The notes under the pieces are model-generated. The model saw only the letters and a list, made by a program, of their open reading frames with translations, was not told the origin of the DNA and searched no databases. DNA of 62,233 nt, counting the filler. It is 5 parts of 5 records of this genome, joined end to end, with 100 filler letters (N's around TTAATTAATTAA, not from the genome) between each part and the next. Parts side by side here need not be neighbours in the genome. Positions count along the whole stretch, not along the records: positions 1 to 16,687 come from DRR378314_2191; 4 more parts are not named here. The stretch is one strand, 5' to 3'. The stretch's first letter is position 1. The number at the start of each line of letters is the position of its first letter. Made by a program: the position numbers and the translations under genes. Below, in pieces: positions 1 to 11,669 of this stretch.

Positions 1-954
1 GTTGTTCACCTGGTTCGGGTAGTCCGAGCGACCCGTAGCCATGATCAGGTCATCACGGGTGGCCAGCGCCACTTCAGGACTGATCTCAGGGTCCGGATTG
101 GAGCACGCAAACACAATGGGGTTCGGCGCCATCAATTTAAGCTGCTCCGCACTCAGAAGGTCCGGACCAGAAAGGCCGAGGAATACATCCGCACCGTCCA
201 TCGCATCGTCAAGCGTACGCTTGTCGGTATCGTTGGCGAACATCGCCTTATACTGGTTCAGGTCGTCGCGGCCAGAATGAATCACACCCTTACGATCAAG
301 CATGTAAATGTTTTCGGACCGAACGCCACAGCTGATCAGCAGCTTCATGCAGGCGATGGCCGCCGCACCGGCTCCGAGACACACCACTTTGGCTTCATCG
401 ATTTTCTTACCCTGTAATTCCAGAGCGTTAATCATGCCTGCCGCGGTTACGATGGCGGTGCCGTGCTGATCATCGTGAAAGATGGGCACACTGCACTTCT
501 CGATCAGCGCACGCTCAATTTCGAAGCACTCAGGAGCCTTGATATCTTCAAGGTTGATGCCGCCGAACGTGTCGGCAATACGCTCGACCGTTTCAATAAA
601 TGCCTGGGGGCTTTCGGAATTGACCTCGATATCGAACACGTCAATTCCGGCAAAGCGCTTGAACAGTACGCCTTTGCCTTCCATAACCGGCTTGCTCGCC
701 AGCGGACCGAGATTGCCCAGACCAAGGATTGCAGAGCCATCAGAAATGACGGCCACCAGGTTACCCTTGGCGGTGTATTTGTATGCGTTCTCGGGGTCCT
801 TAGCGATCTCGCGGACCGGCTCGGCAACCCCGGGGCTGTACGCCAGGGAAAGGTCGCGGGAAGTCTTGGTGGGCTTGGTGATTTCAACACTCAGCTTACC
901 AGGCCGCGGCTTGGCGTGGTATTCAAGGGCTGCTTCTTTCAGATCTTGAGACAT
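1..954 (-). CDS. maeB: NADP-dependent malic enzyme (3'-truncated by window edge)
   Basis: Not in the ORF track (runs off the edge). The minus strand from ATG at 954 reads MSQDLKEAALEYHAKPRPGKL...LSLAYSPGVAEP...INLEDIKAPECF...FHDDQHGTA...GRSDYPNQVNN, all malic-enzyme motifs. Confidence 0.93.
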   Translation of the reverse strand, partial: MSQDLKEAALEYHAKPRPGKLSVEITKPTKTSRDLSLAYSPGVAEPVREIAKDPENAYKYTAKGNLVAVISDGSAILGLGNLGPLASKPVMEGKGVLFKRFAGIDVFDIEVNSESPQAFIETVERIADTFGGINLEDIKAPECFEIERALIEKCSVPIFHDDQHGTAIVTAAGMINALELQGKKIDEAKVVCLGAGAAAIACMKLLISCGVRSENIYMLDRKGVIHSGRDDLNQYKAMFANDTDKRTLDDAMDGADVFLGLSGPDLLSAEQLKLMAPNPIVFACSNPDPEISPEVALATRDDLIMATGRSDYPNQVNN

Positions 955-1140
955 TGCCACTGTTCCGTTTGTCACGTTTAAGAGGTAATAAGCCACCGGG
1001 CCTTGCCCAGCGGAGCGCGACATTATGGCGCGAAGGGCTGCATCAGACAAGGCCAGATTGGCCACTTGTTAATCAGTCAATACGGCTTTTTGCGTATGCA
1101 CTCACAACAGACGCGCCCTATAGGGCAAGCCCGCAGATAT

Positions 1141-1169
1141 AAAAAAAGCGCCTCGGAAGGCGCTTTTTT
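1141..1169. terminator. Bidirectional-type intrinsic terminator downstream of rpmE
   Basis: AAAAAAAGCGCCTCGGAAGGCGCTTTTTT: GC stem flanked by A and T runs. Confidence 0.8.
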
Positions 1170-1186
1170 CAACAACGGCATCAGGA

Positions 1187-1408
1187 TCAGCCTTTCTTGC
1201 CACCGATGCGGCCACCGAAACGCTTCTGGAACCGGTCAATACGACCACCAGTATCCATAACTTTCTGCTTACCAGTGTAGAAAGGGTGACACTGGGAACA
1301 CACATCCAGAGTCAAGTCCTGGGTAAACGTAGAACGAGTCTTGAGAACATTACCGCAGGAACAGGTAGCGGTAATCTCGGCATACTTGGGATGAATACCT
1401 TCTTTCAT
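1187..1408 (-). CDS. rpmE: 50S ribosomal protein L31 (Zn-binding type)
   Basis: MKEGIHPKY...CSCGN...[12 protein letters not shown]...GRIDRF. Confidence 0.98.
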   Translation of the reverse strand: MKEGIHPKYAEITATCSCGNVLKTRSTFTQDLTLDVCSQCHPFYTGKQKVMDTGGRIDRFQKRFGGRIGGKKG

Positions 1409-1680
1409 GGCGAACCTCTATCGGTCATGCCGCTACCAGATCACGGGATCACCTGGTTTTCAAGGCAATCCGGGTGTCGGGCACCGCATGTTTGAATCAA
1501 TTGACAAGACGGGGCACAATCATGCCCTGCCGGAAACAGACCGCGAATCTTACTTGCAAATGCGGTATCAGGCAAGCCCCGGACCGTCTTATCATCCCGC
1601 CCGACACGGGACACGCCGGATTGCAGCTCCTTAAAGGGATAGGCAGATACCGTGACACCTTCATCGCCATGGAGCCACAT

Positions 1681-3849
1681 GTGCCCCGAACCGCGCGCAT
1701 AGCATTGAACCGTCCTCTCCGGCGGCTGTTCGACTACCTCGTACCGGACCACCTGACATTGCAAAAGGGCCAACGCGTCACCGTTCCGTTCGGCCGACAA
1801 TCGGCCACCGGCCTGGTTGTCGAGACGGACGCGCGACCACCGGAAGGCATCACTCTCAAGCCAGTCCGATCAGCCAGCGAGACATGGCCGGCACTGCCGC
1901 CGGAAACCTTTCGCCTGCTCAGCTGGGCGTCGGACTACTACCAACACCCGCTTGGCGAATGCCTTTTTACCGCGTTGCCGCCAGCGCTTCGTCGCGGCAG
2001 ACCTGCCGTGGAGCATGCTGAACCTTATTGGCGAGCCTGCGGTGACCCGGCGCTGCTGCCCGGCAACGCAACGCGTCAGCGGGAACTGCTGGCATGGCTG
2101 AAGCGCCAACCCGGAGGCGCAGGCAGCAAACAGATTGTGCGCGCCGGTTTCACGCAGTCGCAAATCAGAAGCCTTCAGGACAAAGAGCTGATCTGCGAGA
2201 CCGCGCCACCCACCCCAGATGGCGAAACAGAGGAAACCCGGAATCGCATCCCAATCCTGTCTCCGGCTCAGCAGGATGCTGCAAACCAACTTCCGTCGCC
2301 AGACAACGGTTTCGCGACAGCGCTCCTGTTTGGCATTACAGGCAGCGGGAAGACCGAACTCTACCTTCATTACCTGAAGACTCATCTGGACGACCGACAC
2401 CAGGCGCTCGTCCTGGTACCAGAGATCAACCTGACGCCGCAGACCGTAGCCCGCTTCCAATACTACTTCGGGTCACGCATCGCGGTATGGCACTCGGCAC
2501 TAAAAGACAGCGAACGACTCTCAACCTGGCTTAGGATCCGCAATGGAGAGCCTGTCATTCTGATAGGCACGCGCTCGGCTGTATTACTCCCCTTTACCGA
2601 CCTGAAAACCATCATCGTGGACGAAGAACACGACAGCTCCTATAAACAGGGGGAAGGGTTCCGCTATTCCGGAAGGGACACTGCGGTCTATCGCGCCCAC
2701 CTGAACAATTGCCCCGTCATCCTCGGCTCAGCGACACCCTCCATGGAGTCATACCACAACGCCCTGTCTGGCAAATACGCCCTGATCCGACTCGAAGAAA
2801 GGGCCGGAAACGCCAGACCCCCAACCATCAAATTGCTGGATATCCGCAGCCGCCCCTTGGAAGGTGGCCTTTCCCGCCCTGCCCTGCAAGCCATCGAGAA
2901 ATGCCTCAGCAATGGGCAACAGGCGTTGGTATTCGTGAATCGGAGAGGATTCGCTCCGGTCATGATGTGTTTCGACTGCGGCCATATGGTGGAGTGCCCT
3001 CACTGCGACACACGCCTGACTTACCACCGCCGCGACCGGGCCATGCGCTGCCACCACTGCGATTTTCAGACCGCCGCGACGGACCATTGCCCAAAGTGTG
3101 ATAGTGAGGCATTCAAGCCCGTCGGCCAGGGCACGGAACGCACCGAGGACATTCTAACCTCACAGTTTCCGGATACTCCTGTCGTGCGGGTCGACCGGGA
3201 CAGCACCCAGCGCAAGGGCAGCATCCAGGGCATCCTCAAAAAAGTGAACAGCGGGCGCCCCTGCATTCTGGTTGGCACGCAGATGCTGGCCAAGGGCCAC
3301 GACTTCCCGAACGTTACGCTGGTGGTTGTCGTCAACGCCGATGGCGGACTTTTCAGCGTGGACTTCCGGGCTCCGGAACAACTGATCCAGACATTGCTGC
3401 AAGTGAGCGGCCGGGCCGGTCGCGGGGAGAAACCCGGCGAAGTACTGGTTCAGACCTGTCATAGCGACCACCCCCTGCTGCATTCCCTGGCTGAGGGACA
3501 CTACCTTCCAGTCGCCGACCAACTGCTCGCAGAACGCGAAACGGGACAGCTTCCCCCCTTTCGAGCGATGGCGATCTTCAGGGCGGAGGCTGAGACGATG
3601 GAGAAGAGCCTGCAGTTACTGGACAACCTGAAACAACAAGCCCGCTACCAACAGATAGAGATCTGGGGCCCCCTACCCGCTCTGATTGCTCGCCGCGCTG
3701 ATCGACTTAGGGCACAACTGGTACTACTTTGCAGTAATCGCAAATACCTGAACCACACGCTCGGCCTTTTGTGTGAATCGTTAGACCAGAGCAAGCCACC
3801 GGCCGGGTTAAAATGGACTGTTGACGTAGATCCGCAGGAAACCGGTTAA
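1681..3849 (+). CDS. priA: Primosomal protein N' (replication restart helicase)
   Basis: GITGSGKTE Walker A, DEEHD, Cys-rich CxxC Zn motifs, QVSGRAGR, C-terminal DVDP. Start taken as GTG 1681 after GGAG; ATG 1669 is an alternative. Confidence 0.96.
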   Translation: MPRTARIALNRPLRRLFDYLVPDHLTLQKGQRVTVPFGRQSATGLVVETDARPPEGITLKPVRSASETWPALPPETFRLLSWASDYYQHPLGECLFTALPPALRRGRPAVEHAEPYWRACGDPALLPGNATRQRELLAWLKRQPGGAGSKQIVRAGFTQSQIRSLQDKELICETAPPTPDGETEETRNRIPILSPAQQDAANQLPSPDNGFATALLFGITGSGKTELYLHYLKTHLDDRHQALVLVPEINLTPQTVARFQYYFGSRIAVWHSALKDSERLSTWLRIRNGEPVILIGTRSAVLLPFTDLKTIIVDEEHDSSYKQGEGFRYSGRDTAVYRAHLNNCPVILGSATPSMESYHNALSGKYALIRLEERAGNARPPTIKLLDIRSRPLEGGLSRPALQAIEKCLSNGQQALVFVNRRGFAPVMMCFDCGHMVECPHCDTRLTYHRRDRAMRCHHCDFQTAATDHCPKCDSEAFKPVGQGTERTEDILTSQFPDTPVVRVDRDSTQRKGSIQGILKKVNSGRPCILVGTQMLAKGHDFPNVTLVVVVNADGGLFSVDFRAPEQLIQTLLQVSGRAGRGEKPGEVLVQTCHSDHPLLHSLAEGHYLPVADQLLAERETGQLPPFRAMAIFRAEAETMEKSLQLLDNLKQQARYQQIEIWGPLPALIARRADRLRAQLVLLCSNRKYLNHTLGLLCESLDQSKPPAGLKWTVDVDPQETG

Positions 3850-4057
3850 CTTGCTCACTTCCCCTTACTGAAGCGATGCATCGGATTACAAAGTTTTTCA
3901 AAAATGAATACCGATCAACATTGCATAGACGCATCCTGTGCTATGATTTTCAGCAAATTGACAATGAATTTTATGAAATTACCTAAGCTTGCGTGTCTCA
4001 TGCAGGGAATGCGCAGCGATTTGGCTTTGCTGTAACGAAAAACTGGAGATCAGAATA

Positions 4058-5755
4058 ATGTCAGGGAAAATCCTTGCGCGTGCGTCAGCTATATCGCTTT
4101 CAATACTCCTCGCAGCATGCGGCGGCGACGATAGCTCATCCTCACTAGCCGGCACCGGCGGCGAAGGGGGGGGAGGAAGTGGAGACGGCTCATCGGGAGG
4201 CGGTGAACAAACCGTTTCACTGGAACTCGGTACCGGCAGCGGTTCCGGCTTCCAATCAGGACGAATGAATGCGTCCGCAACCAACCTGTCTTCCGGCGGA
4301 TCAACTAGACTCGAATTTAACGTGGTAAATGCTTCCGCTGGAAACTCAATATACAACTCAGTCGAGACCTCAGTAACCATCTCGTCTTTGTGTCAAAATG
4401 CTGTTTTCGATACACCGATCACTACGACGTCTGGCTCCTTCAGCACCACGTATGAAGCCGGATGTGCTGGCACAGACACCATAACTGCCCGGCTTCCCAA
4501 TGGTTCAACTGCAACTGCTAACGTTAGCGTTGCAGCTCCAGAGATCGGGGAGCTTGAATTTTTAACGGTAGCCCCTGACTCGATTGCACTCAGCGGTAGC
4601 TCGACCAGCGGCAGACCTAGTGTTTCAGATGTAACGTTCCAGCTCAACGACAAGAATGGCAACCCAATTACAACCGGGGAAGATATCGCATTCACTCTGT
4701 CGACGACTGTCGGTGGAATCTCGCTATCCCAAGCATCAACTGAGACTGACGAGAATGGCGTCGCCTCCACAAGGGTAAATGCCGGAACAGTAGCGACTGT
4801 TGTCAGCGTAACAGCGACATACACTCCTGACACAGGCCCTGCCATTCAAACAACTTCTGCGCCCATTTCAATAAGCGCTACGATCCCCGACCAAGATAGT
4901 TTCTCGCTTTCTGTGGAAGAAAACTTTTTGCCAAACGCTAGAAATTATGACGGCGTATCCGTCCCAATTACGATACGGGCAGCGGATCGAAACAATAACC
5001 GCATTAGCGATGCTGTGGTGAACTTTGTTACGAACTCCGGCTCGGTACAAAGTGAATGCATCCTCCAAGATGGCGCATGCTCAATCGAATGGATCAGCCA
5101 GAATCCCCGAGCCGATGACGGTGTGGCTCTAATTCTCGCACGTACAGTCGGTGAAGAAAGCTTTAGAGATCTGAACAGCGACGGCAAATATGTTCAAGCT
5201 GAAGACGACTTCAACGTTGCCCAGAACGACCTTGGGGAGGCTTTCTTGGACCGGAACCGAAACGGTGATTTCGACCCAGGTGAGGAGTACTTTGATTACA
5301 ACAGCAACGGTCAATATGACTCTGCGAATGGCATATATAACGGCACTGCATGCACGGATACGAGCGGAGTAGAGTGCACCACCTCGTTACTGGAGATAAC
5401 CCGGACTGGTAAACTGTTTTTGGCAAGCGATAATATCCAAATCACTTTCACAACAACAGTACAACCGGGACAAGTCTGCGCAGAAATTGCCGGTGTCTTT
5501 ACGAATGATAGCGGAGCCACCATCGAGGGCCCTCCACCGGGCGGAACTGATATTGCGTTCTCAACGACTAACGGCTCCGTCGTTGCCCCGAGCAGCTTCA
5601 GCTCACCTACCTCTTACCGCGAAACGCCTGTAGAGCGGTGCGTAACAGTTGAGGGAGACGGTACGTCTTCAACTGGCACATTCACAGTAGAAGTCACCCC
5701 GCCAGCTCCATACAATAGCGACCCGTTTGTCGCTCAGGCGCCGATTTCAGACTGA
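4058..5755 (+). CDS. Ig-like (Big/invasin-type) surface lipoprotein
   Basis: Lipobox LAAC followed by a Gly/Ser linker. Ser/Thr-rich beta-sandwich segments (DKNGNP, TDENGVA) and three DxNxDG-like Ca-binding loops. Confidence 0.8.
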   Translation: MSGKILARASAISLSILLAACGGDDSSSSLAGTGGEGGGGSGDGSSGGGEQTVSLELGTGSGSGFQSGRMNASATNLSSGGSTRLEFNVVNASAGNSIYNSVETSVTISSLCQNAVFDTPITTTSGSFSTTYEAGCAGTDTITARLPNGSTATANVSVAAPEIGELEFLTVAPDSIALSGSSTSGRPSVSDVTFQLNDKNGNPITTGEDIAFTLSTTVGGISLSQASTETDENGVASTRVNAGTVATVVSVTATYTPDTGPAIQTTSAPISISATIPDQDSFSLSVEENFLPNARNYDGVSVPITIRAADRNNNRISDAVVNFVTNSGSVQSECILQDGACSIEWISQNPRADDGVALILARTVGEESFRDLNSDGKYVQAEDDFNVAQNDLGEAFLDRNRNGDFDPGEEYFDYNSNGQYDSANGIYNGTACTDTSGVECTTSLLEITRTGKLFLASDNIQITFTTTVQPGQVCAEIAGVFTNDSGATIEGPPPGGTDIAFSTTNGSVVAPSSFSSPTSYRETPVERCVTVEGDGTSSTGTFTVEVTPPAPYNSDPFVAQAPISD

Positions 5756-5902
5756 TCCTTCCACAACGGGGGCCCGCGGAGACAACGCGGCCCCCCCCGA
5801 ATTTGAGCTACACCCCTCTTTCAGTGATAATATCTGCCTTCCGAATAATTGGGTTCCCGGCCCTTAGCTTCCATTCTCTTATAACCCGAGTCATCCGACA
5901 GC

Positions 5903-7588
5903 ATGAAAGAGACCGTATCCGAACTGCTCCAGTCTGCGCTGGCGACCCTGCAATCTGAAGGCACTTTGCCCGCAGATCAGACCTTTACACCACAAGTAGG
6001 CAACACCAAGGACAAATCCCACGGTGACTACGCCTGCAACATTGCTCTGGTGGCATCGAAGGCGGCGGGGTGCCCGCCACGAAAGCTGGCAGAGGCCTTG
6101 GTGGAACGGTTGCCGGATAGCAGCGCTGTCGAGAAGGTTGAGATCGCGGGCCCGGGATTTATCAACTTTTTCATGAGTACGGCCAGCGCCTTCGAGGTAG
6201 TCAACACCATCCTCGACGACGCCGAGCAATACGGCCGCAATAACATTGGCGAGGACGAGAAGGTCCAGGTGGAGTTTGTCTCCGCCAACCCGACAGGCCC
6301 CTTGCACGTGGGCCATGGCCGTGGTGCGGCGATTGGCGACTGCCTGAGTCGTTTGCTGGAGGCCAATGGTTACGAAGTCACCCGTGAGTTTTACTACAAC
6401 GACGCGGGTGCGCAGATCAACAATCTCGCCCTTTCAGTGCAATCAAGAGCGAAAGGTCTAACACCGGACGACGAAAACTGGCCTGCCGATGGCTACCGCG
6501 GTGACTACATCACCGATGTGGCCAATGCTTATCTCGCCGGCGAAACCGTTACCGCGGACGATCGGGAAGTCACCGGCAAAGCCGATCCGGACGACCAGCA
6601 AGCCATCCAGGAATTTGCCGTAGCCTACCTACGTCGCGAGCAGGACCTGGACCTGAAAGCCTTTGGCGTGGAATTCGACGTGTATTTCCTCGAGTCATCG
6701 CTGTATGAAGATGGCAAGGTAGAGGAAACCGTCGAGCGCCTGCAGGAAAACGGCTACACCTACGAACATGAAGGCGCCATGTGGCTGAAAACCACCGAAT
6801 TCGGGGATGACAAAGACCGCGTTATGCGCAAGAAAGATGGTGGCTACACCTATTTCCTGCCAGACGTCGCCTACCACCTCGACAAGTGGCAGCGGGGCTT
6901 CACCACGGTTATCAATGAGCAGGGTGCCGACCACCACTCTACGGTCACGCGAGTTCGTGCCGGCCTGCAAGCGCTGAACGCTGGCATCCCAAAGGGTTGG
7001 CCAGACTATGTGCTTCACCAGATGGTCATGGTGACCCGGTCAGGCCAGGAAGTGAAAATTTCCAAGCGCGCGGGCAGTTACGTGACGGTCCGCGACCTGA
7101 TCGACGAAGTGGGCCGGGACGCCACTCGTTTCTTCCTTGCAGCCCGCAGAGTGGACTCCCAGTTGACTTTCGATATCGATCTGGCTCGCTCCCAGACCAA
7201 TGAAAATCCGGTCTATTACATCCAGTATGCCCATGCACGTATTTGCAGCGTACTCAGAAAACTGAAAGACGAAGGGGTTGAGCGTGGTCTGAACGAATGT
7301 GTGGGCGATCTGTCCCTGCTGACACTCGACGAAGAAAAGGATCTGGCCAACCAACTGGCGAAATACCCGGAACTGGTCGAAAGTTCAGCAAAGTTGCGTG
7401 AACCACACCATCTCACGCATTATCTGCGGGATCTTGCGGGGCAGTTCCACACTTACTACAACGCTCACAAAGTATTGATTGAAGATACCGCCGTCCGGGA
7501 CGCCCGGGTTTCGTTGTACCTCGCCATCAGACAAGTGATTGCCAATGGTTTGGACCTCCTCGGGGTAAGTGCACCAGAAGAGATGTAG
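5903..7588 (+). CDS. argS: Arginine--tRNA ligase
   Basis: [20 protein letters not shown] (HIGH), [17 protein letters not shown]-terminal APEEM. Confidence 0.98.
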   Translation: MKETVSELLQSALATLQSEGTLPADQTFTPQVGNTKDKSHGDYACNIALVASKAAGCPPRKLAEALVERLPDSSAVEKVEIAGPGFINFFMSTASAFEVVNTILDDAEQYGRNNIGEDEKVQVEFVSANPTGPLHVGHGRGAAIGDCLSRLLEANGYEVTREFYYNDAGAQINNLALSVQSRAKGLTPDDENWPADGYRGDYITDVANAYLAGETVTADDREVTGKADPDDQQAIQEFAVAYLRREQDLDLKAFGVEFDVYFLESSLYEDGKVEETVERLQENGYTYEHEGAMWLKTTEFGDDKDRVMRKKDGGYTYFLPDVAYHLDKWQRGFTTVINEQGADHHSTVTRVRAGLQALNAGIPKGWPDYVLHQMVMVTRSGQEVKISKRAGSYVTVRDLIDEVGRDATRFFLAARRVDSQLTFDIDLARSQTNENPVYYIQYAHARICSVLRKLKDEGVERGLNECVGDLSLLTLDEEKDLANQLAKYPELVESSAKLREPHHLTHYLRDLAGQFHTYYNAHKVLIEDTAVRDARVSLYLAIRQVIANGLDLLGVSAPEEM

Positions 7589-7649
7589 CACTGAAAACGT
7601 GATTATCCATCCCTAAACATCCAGGCAAGTAACAGGAAAATACCCGGCC

Positions 7650-8276
7650 ATGTCCCGAGACTATGCCCGCAAATCCAGACCGGCCAGCAAGTCGGCAACC
7701 CCGACAAAGCCTGCCAAACCGGTCCGGAAGCAAAAACAGACCGCAAAGCGGCCCACAGCGGCAAGGTCGCAACACGGAGGGCTTTCCGTGCGCTGGATTC
7801 TATCTCTGGCAGCTGTCGGCGGGTTTATTGGCTTTATCGCCTACCTGAACTCGCTGCCAACCTCGGAGCCACGTCAAGGAACAAAAACAACCGAGACACC
7901 CGTGGTTAAGGAAAAGGCCCCGGAAACCGCCAAAGAAGAAAAACCAGGGTTTCGCTTCTACGATATGTTGCCGGACTCCGAGGTGGTTCCACCCGAAGTA
8001 GAAGAATATGCGCCAGGTCCCGGACAGCAAACGTTTGATTACCTGGTGCAGACGGGGTCTTTCCGACAACAGCAGGATGCAGAGAGACAGCGGGCCGAAA
8101 TCGCGTTCCAGGGCCTTCGCGCCCAGGTCAAACGCATTGATCTCGACAGCGGCAGTACGTGGTATCGCGTCAATGTGGGCCCCTTCACTTCTCGCAGCCA
8201 GATGAACGCGGCCATCGACAAGCTGGTAAACCTGAACATCCAGCCTCTGGTGCGAAAAATCCCCAAGGAGGGCTGA
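7650..8276 (+). CDS. SPOR-domain cell division protein (FtsN-like)
   Basis: Basic N-terminus, one TM helix, FxFYxxLP motif, C-terminal SPOR domain (QTGSF...WYRVNVGP). Conserved argS-SPOR-hslVU order. Confidence 0.88.
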   Translation: MSRDYARKSRPASKSATPTKPAKPVRKQKQTAKRPTAARSQHGGLSVRWILSLAAVGGFIGFIAYLNSLPTSEPRQGTKTTETPVVKEKAPETAKEEKPGFRFYDMLPDSEVVPPEVEEYAPGPGQQTFDYLVQTGSFRQQQDAERQRAEIAFQGLRAQVKRIDLDSGSTWYRVNVGPFTSRSQMNAAIDKLVNLNIQPLVRKIPKEG

Positions 8277-8305
8277 ACCGCCCTCCGCATTCTCTCCTCC
8301 CCTGG

Positions 8306-8335
8306 CCCTTGAAAACGCACCACCCGCCTCCATTA
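8306..8335 (+). promoter_or_regulatory. Putative sigma-32 (RpoH) heat-shock promoter of hslVU
   Basis: CTTGAAA (8308-8314) and CCTCCATTA (8327-8335) resemble the RpoH -35/-10 consensus directly upstream of hslV. Confidence 0.7.
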
Positions 8336-8374
8336 CTGCTGAATACTGTTTTCTATCAGGCAAGTGGAGCCAGA

Positions 8375-8905
8375 ATGACTACCATACTTTCTGTCAGGCG
8401 TGACGATGAAGTTGCCATGGGTGGCGACGGCCAGGTCTCCCTCGGCAACACCGTGATGAAAGGCAATGCCCGCAAGGTTCGCCGACTCTACAATGACAAG
8501 GTGCTGGCCGGTTTTGCGGGTGGCACCGCCGACGCATTCACGCTGTTCGAGCGCTTTGAGGCCCAACTGGAGAAACACCAGGGCAACCTCACCCGCGCTG
8601 CTGTCGAACTGGCCAAAGACTGGCGAACCGACCGAGCTCTCCGCCGGCTGGAAGCCCTGCTAGCCGTTGCCGACAAAACTGCATCCCTGATCATTACTGG
8701 CAATGGCGACGTTATCGAACCCGAACAAGGACTGATAGCCATTGGCTCAGGCGGTCCGTTTGCCCAAGCATCCGCACGGGCCCTGCTGGAGAACACCGAT
8801 CTGAAAGCCAATGAGATTGTGGAGAAAGGCCTCGATATCGCGGCCGACATCTGCATCTACACCAACCACAATCGCACCCTCGAAGTGCTCTCAGCCAACG
8901 ATTGA
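8375..8905 (+). CDS. hslV: ATP-dependent protease peptidase subunit HslV
   Basis: MTTILSVRR...GDGQVSLG...[14 protein letters not shown]...IGSGG. Confidence 0.98.
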   Translation: MTTILSVRRDDEVAMGGDGQVSLGNTVMKGNARKVRRLYNDKVLAGFAGGTADAFTLFERFEAQLEKHQGNLTRAAVELAKDWRTDRALRRLEALLAVADKTASLIITGNGDVIEPEQGLIAIGSGGPFAQASARALLENTDLKANEIVEKGLDIAADICIYTNHNRTLEVLSAND

Positions 8906-8917
8906 TCCGGAGCTAGC

Positions 8918-10246
8918 ATGTCTGCAATGACCCCCCGTGAGATTGTCCACGAGCTCAACAAACACATCGTGGGCCAGGAAGAGGCCAAGCGTTCCGTGGC
9001 CATCGCCCTGCGCAATCGCTGGCGCAGGATGCAGCTGGACAGTGGCCTGCGCGAGGAAATCACTCCGAAAAACATCCTCATGATTGGCCCCACCGGTGTG
9101 GGTAAAACTGAAATCGCACGCCGTCTCGCGAAACTGGCCGACGCGCCCTTCCTGAAAGTGGAAGCAACCAAGTTTACCGAAGTGGGCTATGTGGGCCGGG
9201 ACGTCGAGTCCATTATCCGTGATCTGGCGGACATGGCTATCAAGATGCTGCGCGAGAAAGAAATGAAACGCCACGAGCATCGCGCCATGGATGCCGCCGA
9301 GGAACGTATTCTGGATGCCCTTATCCCGCCACCCCGGGATTTCAAGGAAGACAGCCAGAAAACCGAAGATTCCTCCACCCGCCAGCTGTTCCGCAAGAAA
9401 CTGCGTGAGGGTGAGCTGGACGACAAGGAAATCGAAATCGACCTGCGCAACAGTGGCGCCGGCGTTGAAATCATGGCTCCTCCCGGCATGGAAGAGATGA
9501 CCAGCCAGTTGCAGAACATGTTCTCAAGCATGTCCTCCGACAAGCGCAAGACCCGCAAGATGAAGGTCGCCGATGCCATGAAGCACGTTCGCGACGAGGA
9601 AGCCGCCAAACTGGTCAATGAAGAGGAAATCAAGCAGAAGGCCATTCAGACCGTCGAGCAGAACGGCATTGTCTTTATCGATGAGATCGACAAGGTGGCC
9701 AAGCGCTCCGAGAACACCTCATCCGATGTTTCCCGGGAAGGTGTGCAACGGGACCTACTGCCCCTGATTGAAGGCAGCACCGTCAGCACCAAGTATGGTT
9801 CCGTGCGAACAGATCATATCCTGTTCATCGCCTCCGGTGCGTTTCACCTCTCCAAACCGTCCGACCTGATTCCAGAGCTCCAGGGCCGCCTACCCATTCG
9901 GGTTGAGTTGCAGGCGCTGACACCGGATGACTTCAAGCGCATCCTCACGGAGCCAGATGCCTCTCTGGTACAGCAGTACGAAGCCCTGATGGGCACAGAA
10001 GGCGTCAAACTGACCTTTACGGAAGACGCCATCGCGCGTATTGCGGAAGTCGCCTACAAGGTCAACGAGACAACGGAAAATATCGGTGCGCGTCGCCTAC
10101 ACACGGTACTGGAGCGACTGCTGGAGAGTCTGTCTTATGAGGCAGGCGACCAAGTGACCGAGAGCTTCGAGGTTACGGCGGCGTTTGTGGATGAAAAACT
10201 GGGCGAACTGGCTGAAGACGAAGACTTGAGCCGCTACATCCTGTGA
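8918..10246 (+). CDS. hslU: ATP-dependent protease ATPase subunit HslU
   Basis: [32 protein letters not shown]-terminal DLSRYIL. Confidence 0.98.
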   Translation: MSAMTPREIVHELNKHIVGQEEAKRSVAIALRNRWRRMQLDSGLREEITPKNILMIGPTGVGKTEIARRLAKLADAPFLKVEATKFTEVGYVGRDVESIIRDLADMAIKMLREKEMKRHEHRAMDAAEERILDALIPPPRDFKEDSQKTEDSSTRQLFRKKLREGELDDKEIEIDLRNSGAGVEIMAPPGMEEMTSQLQNMFSSMSSDKRKTRKMKVADAMKHVRDEEAAKLVNEEEIKQKAIQTVEQNGIVFIDEIDKVAKRSENTSSDVSREGVQRDLLPLIEGSTVSTKYGSVRTDHILFIASGAFHLSKPSDLIPELQGRLPIRVELQALTPDDFKRILTEPDASLVQQYEALMGTEGVKLTFTEDAIARIAEVAYKVNETTENIGARRLHTVLERLLESLSYEAGDQVTESFEVTAAFVDEKLGELAEDEDLSRYIL

Positions 10247-10327
10247 CCCGAAAAGCCTGATCGTATACGGTCGGCGCGCGCTCTGCGCGCGCCTTTTATC
10301 TCCCTCCAAACGACCGAATCGCGTCCT

Positions 10328-11572
10328 CTACAGCGCCTTGCTGAACAGTTCGGACACGTTATCAAAGCCAGTCGCCAACTTGCCTTTCTGAGCTCGTTTC
10401 TTGCGGCCTTTTGCCACATAGAGGGGAAGCATCTCACCGTACAGGCTTGTACTGATGGTGCGCTGTTCGTCTTCGAGGCGGTCCCGACGCAGACGAATAC
10501 CATACTTCGCCAGCTTTGGCTCCAGCTCGTCCGCTCGATTCAGCAAATCACGCCGTGTCATCTGGTAGGCGTGCTCGCACACCATTCGGCGGGACTGGAA
10601 ACTGAACACGTTAGAGAAGAAAAGCTTGGCATCATCGCGGGTCGGCTCAAACAACAGAATGTCCTTATCCGGGTAATCACGGGCGTACTGCGCGATGCCC
10701 GACTGCATCCGGGAATACACCATGGTGCGGAACATCTGGGACAGCAGGTTAGGCATACCTGACCGGGTCAGCTCGCCCGGCCCCATGGTGCCGGCCCGCA
10801 CGGCTGAACTCGCATCAATGGGAACCTGTGGATTTACCGCGAAGACCAGATCCGCACCGTCCTCAAACGCTACGGAGGCGTGCAGCCCCTTTCTCAGAGT
10901 ACCGTCCACGTAGTAGCGCCCGTCGATGGTGACCGGAACGTAGATGCCCGGCGAAGAGGTGCTCGCCTGAATCGCCTTTGATATAGGCACGTGATCAAAA
11001 CCGGGGGCACCGAAGCAGACCGCCTCGGTACTCTCCACATCCGCCGCAACAATGTACAAGCTGCGCTTGAGCTGACGGAAATCGTTGGTGCGACCCAGCA
11101 TGGTGAAGGCCCGCTGCAAATATTCATGCAAGCCTTCATTGTCAAACAGGCCCGCGGGCGCCGCCTGCGCGAGGATCGTCAGCGCTTCCAGCAGGCTCTG
11201 ATCATAGGGATTGTTCACAAACCGCCGCACGGCCGTTGTCACCAGGCCCGGAACCGCCAGCAATCGGCTACCCAGCTCCCGGAACGCCGGGCGATAGAAC
11301 ACTTCCGGATGGAAGGGGTGCACTTCCGCTTCATTGCGTACAAAAATCCGGCACAACTGGGCCGTCGTCATCTGGTTGGCCAGATTGGCCGCAACAAAAG
11401 AACCAGCGTTCACACCCACGTAAACATCAATGTTATTGAAATCAAGGCCGTCCAGCGCTTCATCCAGCGCACGCAATGCCCCGATTTCGTAGATACCTCC
11501 CAACGGGCCACCGCCGCCGAGGGCAAGGCCGATGCGAGGTTCGGGCTTAATCGCTGTTGTGGTTGCCGTCAT
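10328..11572 (-). CDS. Patatin-like phospholipase family protein (nucleophile motif altered)
   Basis: GLALGGGG oxyanion loop. GVNAG stands in place of GxSxG and YVDGT in place of DGG. Confidence 0.85.
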   Translation of the reverse strand: MTATTTAIKPEPRIGLALGGGGPLGGIYEIGALRALDEALDGLDFNNIDVYVGVNAGSFVAANLANQMTTAQLCRIFVRNEAEVHPFHPEVFYRPAFRELGSRLLAVPGLVTTAVRRFVNNPYDQSLLEALTILAQAAPAGLFDNEGLHEYLQRAFTMLGRTNDFRQLKRSLYIVAADVESTEAVCFGAPGFDHVPISKAIQASTSSPGIYVPVTIDGRYYVDGTLRKGLHASVAFEDGADLVFAVNPQVPIDASSAVRAGTMGPGELTRSGMPNLLSQMFRTMVYSRMQSGIAQYARDYPDKDILLFEPTRDDAKLFFSNVFSFQSRRMVCEHAYQMTRRDLLNRADELEPKLAKYGIRLRRDRLEDEQRTISTSLYGEMLPLYVAKGRKKRAQKGKLATGFDNVSELFSKAL

Positions 11573-11669
11573 TCAATATCCCCATGCGGGTGCGGTTGGC
11601 TATTGTTTTTAACACTAGCAGCCAGTTTTAGAGTACACACCCTATATAGGACCAATTGGCTATAAGCCA

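Noticed and set aside
41..1142. Plus-strand ORFs at the start of the window, and similar shadow ORFs over the bacterial genes
   Set aside because: They are antisense or alternate-frame shadows of well-supported genes such as the malic enzyme.
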